Program-made: the position numbers and the translations under genes | Source of the DNA: Blasia pusilla | Lineage: Eukaryota | DNA length: 64,000 nt | Assembly (NCBI GenBank): GCA_050084515.1 | Contig: CM114271.1 | Span: forward strand, 22,072,001-22,136,000 | Reading direction: 5' to 3' | Shown: positions 28,126 through 40,841 of the stretch, piece by piece | How the letters are laid out: every line of letters begins with the position of its first letter | How positions within the stretch are numbered: the first letter of the stretch is position 1 | The notes under the pieces: generated by a model | The model's database searches: none | The model's input: only the letters and a program-made list of their open reading frames with translations | What the model was told of the DNA's origin: nothing

Positions 28126-28470
28126 CAAAGATTGCATGTGGAAAAATTCAATGGTCGCGGACTTATGTCTTCCCTAAGATGGACGTGTCTATGTGAGCCC
28201 AGATTTCCACAGCCCGTAATCCACCTACATCTGCCCTACCTACAACATAGACATGAGCTCGGCCAGCTCGCACATAGTCCATCGATCCTTCGCCCATTCT
28301 TACGACGTGTTTTGTAGCCCACACGAAGGCCGCGCCTTTCTCGTAGAGGCTTGCATCAAGCCTATGTGTGGCCCACATCCAGTCTGTCGATTGTGGGTTG
28401 TCCCAAGCTAGACGAGCTCAAAGCATGCGGGGGTTATAGTTCGCACATCCATTTGATCCTTGCATACCTT
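28126..28470. mobile_element. Degenerate hAT-type MITE copy
   Basis: Begins CAAAGATTGCATGTGGA and has a GGCC/GCCC-rich interior like the other copies; TSD not resolved. Confidence 0.55.
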
Positions 28471-28726
28471 CCTTAATTCAAGCTCAAGCGGATGAGCAAG
28501 GTACCAAGAAAACTAAGGAGGACACCCTTTGGGCTTATGTGTCCCATGGACCCACAAGTCCATTTCCTTGTAACCTTGAGGGTCACTATGCAAATTTTTG
28601 CTTCAAGAAGAAGGAAAGTATGAGAGTTGGGATCTTTCAACAAAAAAAGTATGTGGAGCAAAAATATCAAGTGCAATGTTAAGAACAACAACATTCATAC
28701 ATGAAGTATCTCTTGTTTATGACTCA

Positions 28727-28880
28727 TGTCATGTCTTTTAGGATAGATCGGCGAGATGTAGTTGAGATCCATTGGGAGTAGTGGAAGATAACCTCGCGAA
28801 TTTAAAGATGACCGACTGAGACCAGGATAACTTGAAAGAACAAATTTTTCCTTCGTTTCAACTCATTTAGAATCTTAAAA
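28727..28880 (+). repeat. Isolated 5' fragment of the Gypsy-DNMT family LTR (A repeat)
   Basis: TGTCATGTCTTTTAGGATAGATCGG matches the LTR starts at 60986, about 40845 and (reverse) 49596. Confidence 0.75.
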
Positions 28881-30619
28881 AAAACCATATTATTTCATAT
28901 AATTGACTTATTATGTAAATTTTCATATTGTTGCGGTCGCCTATGTATCACGGACATGACACTTGCCACATTGTAACGGCTCAACCTTCCATCCGAAATG
29001 GTGATCGGGTGGGTCGAACAGGACCGGATGATTGACACCTTCCCAAACGCCAACTGGCTGGTGCAAGTTTTGGGGGCGCTCTTTAATGGAGTTCGGTTCT
29101 TTGGAGGCACCGTTAAGTCGATTGACGTGCCGTTGGAGAGTCGGAGACCATGGGATCACCAGCTCGCAAGTTTCAGCGAGACCGTACTTTGCGGCGCCAA
29201 GAAGAGGTCGGCCCCATTGCCTTATAGGCTTATACCCGCGTTTCAAAGCTCAAAGGGTGTAATAATAACAATTGGGTTCGCTGTCGCGACCCCACCTTCC
29301 GTGTGTCAAGCACGGACGTTGTCGGGCACAAATTGAAACGTTTCGATAGACTATGGGAACTGAAAAACGGAAAAACGGTTTGTGCTTCAATTTTGAAAAC
29401 ATTTCACTGCCCACGGGCCCGAGTACGGTACTTTAATTCTTACTGAAGCAATCATCTTACGGAGTCCGGACGGCAGGCCCAAAAGTTTCGTCGAAATTCG
29501 AAAGCCTCCTCACTCTGTTGACGGAAGTAGCAAACTTTTGTCTCTTCCTGGACTCGTTGTAGTACAGTCCGCATCCTTCAATGGCGGTCGTACGCCTGAA
29601 TCATCCTCCTTCCGGCGCCCTAGCAACCAGCGATTGATTCCTTAAGTGCGGAGCTTCGGCGCGACGGCGGCCCTTGGGGTGAGAATCTGAGATTCTGAGA
29701 GGGAGAGTGACACTCCAACTGCTCGTTCTTAACTTCTCACACACCGGGGGTCCGGGGGACCGGGACAGATATTTATGTGCGAAGTGGCCAGGTCCCGGAC
29801 TCCCCGGTAGGCTTCCCGGTGGATTGCTCATGTTCCAACGTTGTGGGATGTCCCGTGACTTGGGGACCGGGCGTCAGAAGTCACAGAAGTCCCTCCTGTT
29901 GGACACTGTGGGTGCATTTAACTGAACACGACTCGGTCACTGACTACGAATCCCCACATGTTTCCTCGCGTAGTGAGTGGACCGTCCGACGGGAAGTTGG
30001 ATGGTCTAGCGTTCCAAGGTTCCTGGAGGCTATGTGAGTTGGTGCTGTGCTGGGTCCCACTACAGCCCGCCCAAGCGACTGGAGTGACTGGACTATCTTA
30101 CAGTTGTGCTCGCTGCTTAACGGCTTCGTGCCGTCGGGCCCAGTCGTCTCGCGCACGTTAGGAACTTAGGACCGTCTTTTGACTGTCGATTGTTTAATAT
30201 CAGGGTGCACTTTCAATATCAGGTGGGAATTTTAGGGAAATCGTTTGAACAATCTAAGACTACAACCCAAAACTTGATTCATGTAGTTAAACGATGGAGA
30301 TGTATTGTTCAAGAAGAAAAAAATCTCTTTTGGATTATTGGTGGGGAGTAAGTAGAATGTTGTGCTTCAGTGTACATTCCGTGAAATACACTGGTTTGAA
30401 AAGTTTCATCGAAAGTGTCTCTTAAACAAGACCCCAATCCATTTAAAAATCAACTCTTATTTCCAAAATGGGAATATGTAAGATATTCCTAATTTTCCAA
30501 ATATTGGCAATCAATTATAGATGTATGTTAGAATTGGTTCTTTAAAAATAGAGTTTTTTCACTTGGAAAATTGTATGCAAAAGAAATTGTCACGAACAAG
30601 CTCCATCGACGTTGCTATC

Positions 30620-31800
30620 TTCCCGGTGGGCTTGGCGGGCTCAGAGGTGGGCTTGGGTGCGGGCCGCGGATACCCGGGCTCGCACAGACATGTTCGCCTC
30701 TAGGATGGATATAAGTCCGTGGATACGGACTTTTTTTGTGTGCAACCTTATGTGTAGGGCCAATGCGGGCTTAGCAAGGTTGCACGGAAACAGACTTGTC
30801 CATCCATGGGATAGATAAGCCCAAGCTGCCCATCGGGTACCCCATTCAGATTTTTTCAATATCCCGATCGTTTGCGCGGGCATGGGGTGCATGAACAGGT
30901 GTGCGAGCTACAAGACGGCACGAGCCCACAGCAAGCCCGTACAACACGAACTTGAGTACCGTAGGCGCGGCCGCACGGGCCTATCGTGGGCCATGCAACA
31001 TTGTTGGGAGTCAGACGGACTTAGTGCGAGCCTCTATGAGTCTATGGGCTTACTATGGGCTACAAAACATGTGGCGTAAAGGGACAACCGATCAGTGGAT
31101 TGGGTGCAGGCTAGTCAAGCCCGGGTCTATGTTGTGGTCCAACCAGCCAAGGTGTGGGCCGTGGGAACCCAAGCCTGCATGGACATGTCCGTCCCTAGGA
31201 TAGACATAGGTCCTAGGACACAAACTAGGCAGGCCAATAGGGGCCACACGAGATCGATGTGGGTCTGTACGCACGAAGAGCCGGTTCCATGCATGCTACA
31301 AAATGGGTGGCAAGAATGGGCAACATGTTGCTAGACTAGTTGCGTGCAGGCTAAGCCCAAGTCTACGTTGCGGGCGAGGTGGGCTCGAATGCAGACCGTT
31401 GGAATCCGCGTCCACACAAACATGTTTTTCCTAAGGACAGACATAAGGCTACATACACATACTTTGTCCGTGTGCAATCTTGCCCGTGTGATGGTTGCAC
31501 AAAAATTGACAAGTCAATCCCTTGGACGAACATGGACGGACAAGAATGGACATGTCCACTGACATGGATTGCAAGAGGTGGAACCCACACTTTATAGTTC
31601 ATGATGAAAGGTTGGGCAAGGGCAAGTGGGGGAATAAGGGAGGGAGTGGAGGTGAAGGGATGAAGAAACCGGAGAGTATGGAATACGAAGGGAAGTAGGG
31701 GGAATGAGAAAGAAGGGGAAGCTGGGGCCCATATGGACAATTCTTTCCATAAGACAGACGTAAGGCCACGGATACAAACTTTGTCCATATGCAATCTTTT
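30620..31800. mobile_element. Second cluster of hAT-type MITEs
   Basis: Multiple family termini: GTGTGCAACCTT about 30750, CAAGGTTGCACGG about 30775, GTGTGCAATCTTG about 31480, GATGGTTGCAC about 31490, ATGCAATCTT about 31797. Confidence 0.75.
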
Positions 31801-34800
31801 GCATACGTAATAATGGGTTATTCAAATTATCCATCATTATTGTAAAATGTGTCAGACTTGATAACTTGAACAACCCTAATAACCGACTCTTAAGATATGA
31901 GGGATAGGTGGCAAGCTAGCATTGGTGAAAATTTTCAAGATGTTGACGTCTTCGGCAAGCATTGCGAGACACTCTACACAAATAATATTCAAACTCACCG
32001 ACACACTTCAAATTCATCTAGTTTGGCTTGGAATTTTTTTTAAAAATGATAGAAAAGTTGGAATTGTTTATTAGCATGTGCACTTTCCTAGTTGCTCCAA
32101 ACAACTAGTAAAGTGCACATGATCAAATAAAAGAAAAACCCCACCACATCCCCTCTTCTTAATTTAGAAAGTTTTGAACCCCACCCACCTCTTTTAAATA
32201 AAAAAAAAAAATCGTTCCCCAAGGAATTTTTTTTTCCCATCACCGTGAAATTTTTCTACTCACCCCCTTATTTAAAGAAAAAGAAAATTTCATAGTCCTT
32301 ACTTGCCTTATCCACGTTCCAAATAAATGTTCGATGATAACTTTCATTTCATGTCTCCCTTCTGGCGAGCGTGCCTGCAAGCGGGATACAAACGGGGAGA
32401 CGACACGCCCACATATAGTTCTTCCCTTCGCAGGTAAGCCACGAACATAGAGATTCTGAGCAGGTGGCGAACGAGGTATCGTTGAAGGGGGGTAAGAAAC
32501 AGAGGAGGGAGCAAGTTCAAGACACTTTTTGATACGTCAAACTCTGAGTCTCCGGCGATTCCTACTCAAAGTCGCAGATCCCTACCCTCCCCTACACTAC
32601 GCCACTCTTTTCGTCCATCACGTTTTGACAGTGGTAACTGAGCTGTTGTGCCTCATCGGCGCTTCTTCTTCTCCAGTGAAAATGCGTGCAAATGCAGAGT
32701 GACGTCTACGCCGCCGAATCGCCGCTTACAAGATCATTGGTCCTCGGCGCTTGCTACTTGGCTGCCACAGAAAGTCGCTTGCTACCGTCGCGTTTTAATG
32801 TGCGAAGTTGCGAACTGCTCGACCGGCGCCTGTGGGCAGTTGCCAAAGCGCCTCCTGATCGTCGACCCTACCACTCCCTCCCATCCGTGTTTAAGAATAA
32901 TGCGGTGTTTCTTGGCCGTCATTTTTTAGCCATAACCTCGTCCTCTAGGATCACCTTCTCTACTGAATCTATTCTCGTTACTCTCTCTTCCTCGACGTGA
33001 TCCCCAGTATGCAATCTCCTAAACCGCCAAATCCGTTGTCTAATCTACTACTGCCATATGCCATTTATGTGATTCAGTGACTCAGTAATCAAAATCTTAT
33101 CCGCTCGCGAGTCAGTGTTTTAAATGGAAGGTATCTAACTTAGCAGTTCGTTCTCTGAGCAAAATCCCTGATTCTGCTCCCGTTTGCGAGATTCTGCTTT
33201 GAAGTATGACATGATGACAGGACTATCTTATTCCGAAATTCGTCTTATTAGCCGGTTAGGCTTAAATGCGATAGACATATGGTAATTAGCACGGAATGTC
33301 GTCTCCAATGTTCTTAGCAGAACCCAGAAAGTATTTGCTTACTCCCACCACACACTGTTTGTGTGATTGAAGGAGTAAGCATTATCTTATCCATATGTGA
33401 GGGAGGGCCTTGAATTATTGCGCAATACGGTAGTAAGTTTTTATGTCTCCATTGTTCTTAGCGACTTAGTCTACACTCGCCCCTTGTTTGCGATCGTGAT
33501 TCTGGCAGTAAGCACTATCTTATCCACAGGGTCAGGGCCTTAAATGATCGTGAGATATCTAACTTAGCACTCATGTCACCGATATTCTTAGCCAACACAA
33601 TAACCCTAAACCTGAATTTGTTCCTGGTAGTCACGGAAACCATAAACAAGAATACGACAAGTTCCCTCTAAATAGAACCACATTTCCTCCGGAAGACGTC
33701 CATCCAATTCTGGGTGTGGCCAGAAAAGTCGTTTGTCTTCTTAGCAGTGAGGAGTCATGTGCCCCTAATATTGTGCTGCTGCACATGAGAAGAAACTCAT
33801 TGGGACACTCTTGCACTTGAAGATTTGGCACTTGTCGTCCTCTAACTCTCCGTTCCCAAAATAGACGACATCATCTGGCTTGTTTCGGTTTTGACGCGTC
33901 TACTTATTTTGCTGCGTGTCAATAATAGCTGGGGAATTTTCCCGGGCCCGACGTTGGTTTAAGATTCAATCCTCTCCTCAAAGATCCAGTCTGAGCGTTA
34001 TCTTGAACGTTTTGTAGATTCTCGGAACACAAATGGATGAAGGCAGAGCGGACACATGGGCTCCTGGGCACGGACCTCTGAGACAGTGCATTGCCCTGAA
34101 AAAGTTAGATTAAAGTTTAAACTTGTAAGGATTGCATGTCGTCGCAGCGAAGCCCTCTGTAAACAACAAAGATGCAACAGCGAAGCCCTCTGTATGGCTA
34201 TGTCGTACTGACTCTTACACTTCCGCTACCGAAACTATTGTAAGGCACTGGATCACTTATGGATCGCTGGGCATTGATATCATTGATTGATTCTATTTTC
34301 CTTTGAACTCCTACCTTCATTTGTACTCATTGTATTCTCCTCCGCTCCGTCACTTTTTATTTTTCTTTCCATGTACATGTCGGACTACCTTTTTCTATTT
34401 AATGATTTTTTCGGCCTTGGCCTTTCGTTGTGGGTGTTTATGTGTATGCTATCAAGAAGGTGCAACTCATTATCGTAGCATTTATAAACATGCAATGATA
34501 ATAGAAATGTGAAGGCCTGGCAATTATTTAGTGTCCTTTTCCTGCGAGACAAATCCGCTTAAAGCTAAGGTTGGCTCGTTATTCGTGGAAACAAAACAAA
34601 CTATCTTTGTTTTCAACCCTCGAGTACATAAGCATTCGATTGCACGCCATTCCACCATAGAGGAAAACCAATCGCCCTAGAGAAAGGTGTGGGAAAAGAC
34701 CCTTAAAAAAGCTGAAGGGGGTTTGAAGACGAGAAGAAAAGTAAGGGGTGAGGGTTGGGAGCGCAAAGCTACATCGAGGAGAGAACTCATCCATTTCATT

Positions 34801-35499
34801 CACACATGAGTGAAGCGAAAATAACTCGTGTGAGCGTGGTGTTTCCTATTTTCCGCCATAGCTCACGCCACTCCTCCACCCTCTTTCATCCATGCATTCT
34901 TCCTCTCAAAAAAAGCAAACGAGACAAAGTTTGAGCATCTATGAGTTTCAGATTCCAATCACGGAATTTTTCCCGGCGAGGATTCGAGCTCAACACGGCA
35001 GCTAACGAGAATTTAAATCCGGAAAGGGTTGAGTTGTCACGAGTTTCGGATAAGCACATAGCGTCAGTGTGACGACTAGGAGCCCTACTACTGCCCCCAC
35101 AGAGAGCCTTCGCTAAAGTCGCACCGGTGGAGTATATGCATAGTACACCTTACAGGAAGGAATATTCACCTTCACGACATTTGGCCTCACCCTACGGACG
35201 CGATGCGATTCGACACAGGAGATTCAAAGGGTAGATATTGCTCCCATATTCCTGGAGATGATGAGACCATGTGGGATGATCTAAGGGGTGAGCCACTAAT
35301 TTGTCCAACCTCATGATTTGTCCGTGAGGACTAGACGTCACCACATTGACCACATCACTCTCTTTCGTACACGCTTTCAATTGGGAAAAATAGGGTTTTC
35401 ACATCCACTTGGAATAATAATCACGAAAAGCTTTTCCAAATTCTTATAACAGGAAACATGTGTATTTTTTATTTAACAAAATTTCCAGAAAATTTCTAA

Positions 35500-38400
35500 A
35501 CCACTTTATTATAAAATAAACCTCAAAAGAGGACAAAGAAAGGTAATAACAACTCAAAAGAGGAGTAAAAAAATGCATAAAAGAATGCAAAAAGAAAACG
35601 ACAACAAGCCCACGTAAACACCGGCTCAACGAGCAACACGATTGATTGCTTGAAACAAATCTGACAAGAACACGAGTGGTTGGTCAGACGTGAATGGACG
35701 ACGAGGCGAGCGACCTTCCACCAAGCACGACGTATTAATGCCAAGGCTTGTGCACGTTGTAAGGCCACTGAGATGCATTGCCTAAAATAAGTAGTAACAA
35801 CCGAGAGAGAAGGACTACGGGAAGGGGCAAGGTGATGATTCTCGAGGGAGTGGTGAGCACATGTTTTCAGGAAAGTATCAAAAGACACATGTAAATGACC
35901 GAATACTTCCACTGCAAACGGAATAAATCCGTCAGTCGCATGTCTCACAACATAACTTAACTTCTTGATTCTTGCTGCAGCTTCGGCCGCCAAACCTTTG
36001 GTATGTGCGGCTTTACACACCAAGTCAGAACGTGTTGGATCAGCAACCACCACATCACCTAGTGTCCGGAATCCACCTCGAGACATAACAAGATCCACTC
36101 TCCGACGAGAGGTTGCTTGTGTGGTTGAAGGTAGGACATGGAGTTGCTCTTGCCCAACGGTATATCCTGCCGTACGAGCCACCGATGCTACCGCCTCTCT
36201 AATGACATCATGTGTGGCCGTTCATTCTCCACCATGTGCACATCGGAGAATATAGATACCCCTGGCATCAATAGGATCTCCGCATACACAATTTGGCACA
36301 CCTAAGAGAGAAGGATGGGGAAGTCCAAGACGTAACCGCAAAGCTGTCAAGAATATACTTTGAGGAAGACGAAATGGAAGAATAAGAGGATTTGCAGTAA
36401 GCCACGCCCCCGCTCCGGTACCAGCACATGAACGTAGACGAGCTTGATTAGCGTCGGAGGATGCCTCTGAGATAATGCTGGAAAAGTTGATTTGATGCAG
36501 ATTCTCGGAGATATGCTATTGAAGTCGATAAAGCCCTTCTGTAATTAGTTGACTAAAAGGGGGTAGAATTGCTTGTGTAGCAAGAGGAAGAAGAGCTCGT
36601 GCAGATCTTAGTTGTTGTTGAAATAACAAGTCCCCCTCCTCGACATGGGCGATATGATCCATCAAGATAGGTGTATCTCCTTGGAGAAACCTTGAAGCCA
36701 TAATCGATGCTACCAACGCCCAACTCCCCAAAAAGGCTGCGGGAGCAGATGTGACTGTGGAGGATAGTCCCACCCCTCCAAAAGAAATAGGCAAGATAGC
36801 TTGTCGTGAAGCAAAGACACCATCCTCTCCCTCAAAGGTATTCGGGCCAAGAAGTTGACCAAAAGTTGGCAAGATAGAAGCATCAAAAGAGGCCAGCCGA
36901 TGTAAGAAGCTTGAAGTGGGAGGACAAGTGCGAAGAAGGTAGGAAGGACGTCGAAGAAAACATTGGGAGAGAATCCCATAAGCCACTTGGGGATCCCCAA
37001 GATGAGGTAATAAATGAAGCCATTCCACGTCTTTCAAAAGGGCCTCATCCAAGAACTTTGAGACATAGTCGATGAAGCCAATTGGGACCCCAAGAACTCT
37101 AACCCCTTCAATGTAAATGGGAAAATCAGGAGTAGGTGGGGTGAATGTTGAGGGAAGGCATGAAGGAGACCATACTCCACATTTACTAGGTTGGACTTTA
37201 AGGTTTAAGAAAGAGAGTTGCTCCACGAAATGGGTATAAGCAAGAACCACTTTAGAAGGAGGACCTAAAATGTGAGTGTCATCAGCAATAGAAGGGAAAA
37301 GACAAGATGGAAATGCTTGCGATGATGCTCGAAGGGCACGAAAATGGGCAATGGCAAAGAGTGGGCCTCCCATGGGATCACCTTGACGTGTGCCACAAGC
37401 CGATTGTAGAATACTATATTCCCCAGAAGTAGCATGATGGGAATAGATAATGGGCGTATCATAGGCATAGAAGGAGCGAACAAATGGAATGAGGCTCACG
37501 AGTTGTCCTCCTACACAACGTAATTCCTCAAAGATGGCCGCACGAGAAACTGAATTGAATGCGTTAGCCACATCGACTTGAATTGCTACCTAATCTGGAT
37601 GAATATCAAGAGTGGAGCGAATCCCATGCACCACAGCCTCACAACCTCCAGGAGTTGCCACTCCAAATTGATGAGGAAATAAGTGGGCACTAAAGTGAGG
37701 ACGAAATTGCAAGCATAGGGATCGTGACCAAGCGGTATAAAACCTCTCCAATAGCCAAAGGCGCACACTGAAGGAGGCTTATCCATAGCCAACAAACGAC
37801 AAGCCCCTAAGAGCCTAGAGATAGAGAATGGGAGACGACCTGCCGCCATATGTGCACACACCTTATATAGAGAGACAAAGCCACTTTCTAAATCTGTTGG
37901 GATAAAGCAATCGCGGAGATGCTCAAAAACCATCCCTGATAGCCCGCTTGCTGATAAGCGAGGAGTATGCAGAAAAGCCCTAGTGAAAACCTCCAAGTCA
38001 AGCTCCAAGTCAAGGTCTGTTGTATAGTCTTCCACAAAAGATGGAGCATCGCCACTTGAAGGAGGATGAAGAGCTTCTAAGAGAGCCACTGTTTCCGCAC
38101 TTGGAACCGCCGAAGAAAGAGGACCTAATGCTCGAGCTGCACGTGAAAACTCACCAACCTGCCCCAATAGTAGACTTCGTCGAAGACGTTGTTGTATTGA
38201 AGGCCTCCCATGATTGGCATGTTGAGTGGCATGAGCCGCAGCTAAGGCCTCAGCTCGAAGTACATGCTCATTTTGAAGATTCTCCCAATCCCTTGACATA
38301 AAGCGTTGAATACGTGTGGAGTTTCACGATGACCCATTGCACCCCCCCTTGGAGGGAGGACTAAAACCCATTGTGGGAAGAGTAATAGGAGATACCAAGC

Positions 38401-39250
38401 ATTTATATCTGTGGGGTCACGCGCTAACCTTTCTAATGGGAATAGCAAAGCTTGTTGGGTGATGGGGCGAAGAGCAATAGGAATGTGAGTGTAGAGTCTA
38501 GGACGAGGAAGACCTGGATGGAAAGAGCGAAGGAGATCAATTTGGCTTAACCAGGTCCAAGAAGTTGTTGTGGGGAGTGCAGTAGGAGTTGGTATCGGGT
38601 TAGGGATTGAAGGCCCATGCATGGATCGACAGTACCGCTGATGTCTTTTGATCCTATTAGGAGCAAAGTCCTTACCACAAGGTATGCAACGAACCTTTGG
38701 TATAAATGGAGAAGTAGAAGGGTTACAAGGAGAGGAGGAGGGAGGTGCAAGAGGTGGTGATGGCCGACGATGAGGGGGTAAATAGGTTGGGGAAGGAGGA
38801 AGAGGAAGAGGGGAGATTCAGGTAGAATAGATGGGAGTTGGAAGCAAGGGCATAGATGAGATATGTGGGGATGGCAAAGTAGAAGGATTTGGTAATAATG
38901 GATCAGGATTAGGCTCAATAGGACAAGGCAAAGAAGGGAGAAGAGGAGAATCCGGAAGAAATGTAGCGAGTGTAATGGGTGTATTAGCATCTGGAGGAAA
39001 ATGGCGAGATCGACGATGGGGAGGTGAGCCAGGGGGAGAGGTTACGGCTGTAGGAGGGCGTGTAAAACCAAATAAGCGAGTAGATGGAGAATCCAACTCC
39101 ATCTCTGATGACATAGAAGTAAAGGTAGGCAAGTCTCCAAAGACAAGAAAAGACATACGGAACGTGGTTTGGAAAAAGCATGAGGATAACGAACAAAGCA
39201 AAAGTAGTGGAGAGATGAAGATTAGGCAATACCGAATTTATGATTGAAAG
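35500..39250 (-). mobile_element. Near full-length RLE-type (CRE/R2-like) non-LTR retrotransposon, frameshifted
   Basis: Pro-rich N-terminus. RT motifs D.ANAFNSVSR, GTRQGDPMGG, SIADDT, VRVLGVPIG, GGVGL. Zn knuckle region (LRLGLPHP..CVCG..RCAHGGE..HD). Restriction-like endonuclease RRVDLV..LGDVVVADP..KK.SY..FIPFAVEVFG..SVALQRAQA. UTR limits uncertain. Confidence 0.92.
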
Positions 39251-40841
39251 TTACTATAAGAAAAATATAAAAAGTAATTGAAAAGGAAAAGTGATGGATA
39301 TAGTATCGGAAGAGGTGGCTCAAGAATATGAATTTCTAATGTTCTAAACGTATGTAGGGGCGAAACAATAAGGTAAGGAGTTGAAAGAGCAAGGAAGACT
39401 TTTGGGAGGAATTGACCTAAAACAAACCCGTACACAAAAATAGGCGCCTACAAAGAAGGAAAAAAAAGTAGAAAACCTACTTGATATCAAAAGAACGAGC
39501 TCGTCAAGACGATCGAAACAGGCCCAAACACGCCCAAAACCGACATTCGAGAAGAAAGTTATGAAAGAAATTGGAAACACCGAAAAAGAGGATGTGGGGG
39601 AGGAAGTGAGCCACCCACCAATGACCGCTATGAGGGAATGAGTTCGGTATCAAAAGATCCAGAAAAGATCAAAAGATCTTTGATCTTTGATCTTTGAGGC
39701 TTTTCCGTATCAAAAGATCCAGAAAAACAAGAGGAATCCCTTGAACCGATGGTAAGCCGGTATCACTCTATAAGGAGAGCGCTATGTTTGAAATTGCGTA
39801 TAGGAATCTATGAGCACATTTAGGAGAGAAGGAGGTCCAAAGATCCCAAGAACTTTGGAAATCTCAATCTTAAGTGGAAAAAAGAAGAACCCAAAGTTCA
39901 AGCTTGAGAAGATGAACACATTGGGCCTTAAATTGAAAAGATTGGATCACCATGGGAATAGTTACAAACAAAATTCTAAACGTCCGCCATAGTCTTCCTC
40001 CATAGTCTTCCTCCTCCTCCTTCCTTCATTTACCTTTACCAGTACAGAAAATTGGTATAATTATTTAATTTGTTTGGATATTTTAAAAATAACATCTCCA
40101 TCTACCTAAAAAGTAAAATACATATATTTAAGGTTTTTTTTGTTTAAAATAATCTACATTATATTACTAATCCTATGAAGAATTTGACTTTCTCGTCACT
40201 ATATCTCTAACACCCTACTTAAAATAGTGTTTTATGTCATATTAAGTTTCTTGCACCATCAAATCTAATGTGCTTGTTGGGCTACCCACTCCTATCATTT
40301 TAACCCTATGTTAGGAGGGGCCACACAAGTTATTAAACTAGTAAGGGTGCTATGTTTTGCCAACTATAAACTTGATCATAGCTCGTGCCCATCTTTTTGC
40401 CTTGCCCGTATAAGAGGTTCTTTAAAAGTCATGGGCATACCCTAAGAAACTGCCACATCATTGAATAAAGGAGATGATGGGCTTTATTCCACTATAAGTA
40501 TCACTATATCATAAGTTCTAAAGAGTGGAAGTTAACCATGGAGAAATTTGGATGTGGATATTCTTAAAAGGGTGACTAGAACAAGTGTTCTACAGCCAAC
40601 ATCACAGGTCACAAAGAATTTTTCGGTCATTGTTAAACTGGTTTTCCTTAATCTCTCTTCATTTTGCTACCTACAAGAGTTATCGGTGGATTACCCCAAT
40701 GTGTGAGGAATATGGAGGTCCTTGTCTGCTCCGAAGCATGGCCTTCATGGAGTTCTTGTGTGCACTATCACAAGGACTACGTACAGATATACCAAACAAG
40801 CTATTTACTATTTGCATTATAGAAATAGTAAATATTTAGCC

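Noticed and set aside
34145-34194. 17-bp direct repeat CAGCGAAGCCCTCTGTA x2 as CRISPR-like or a TSD
   Set aside because: Only two units, 16-bp spacer, no cas genes, eukaryotic context; a simple local duplication
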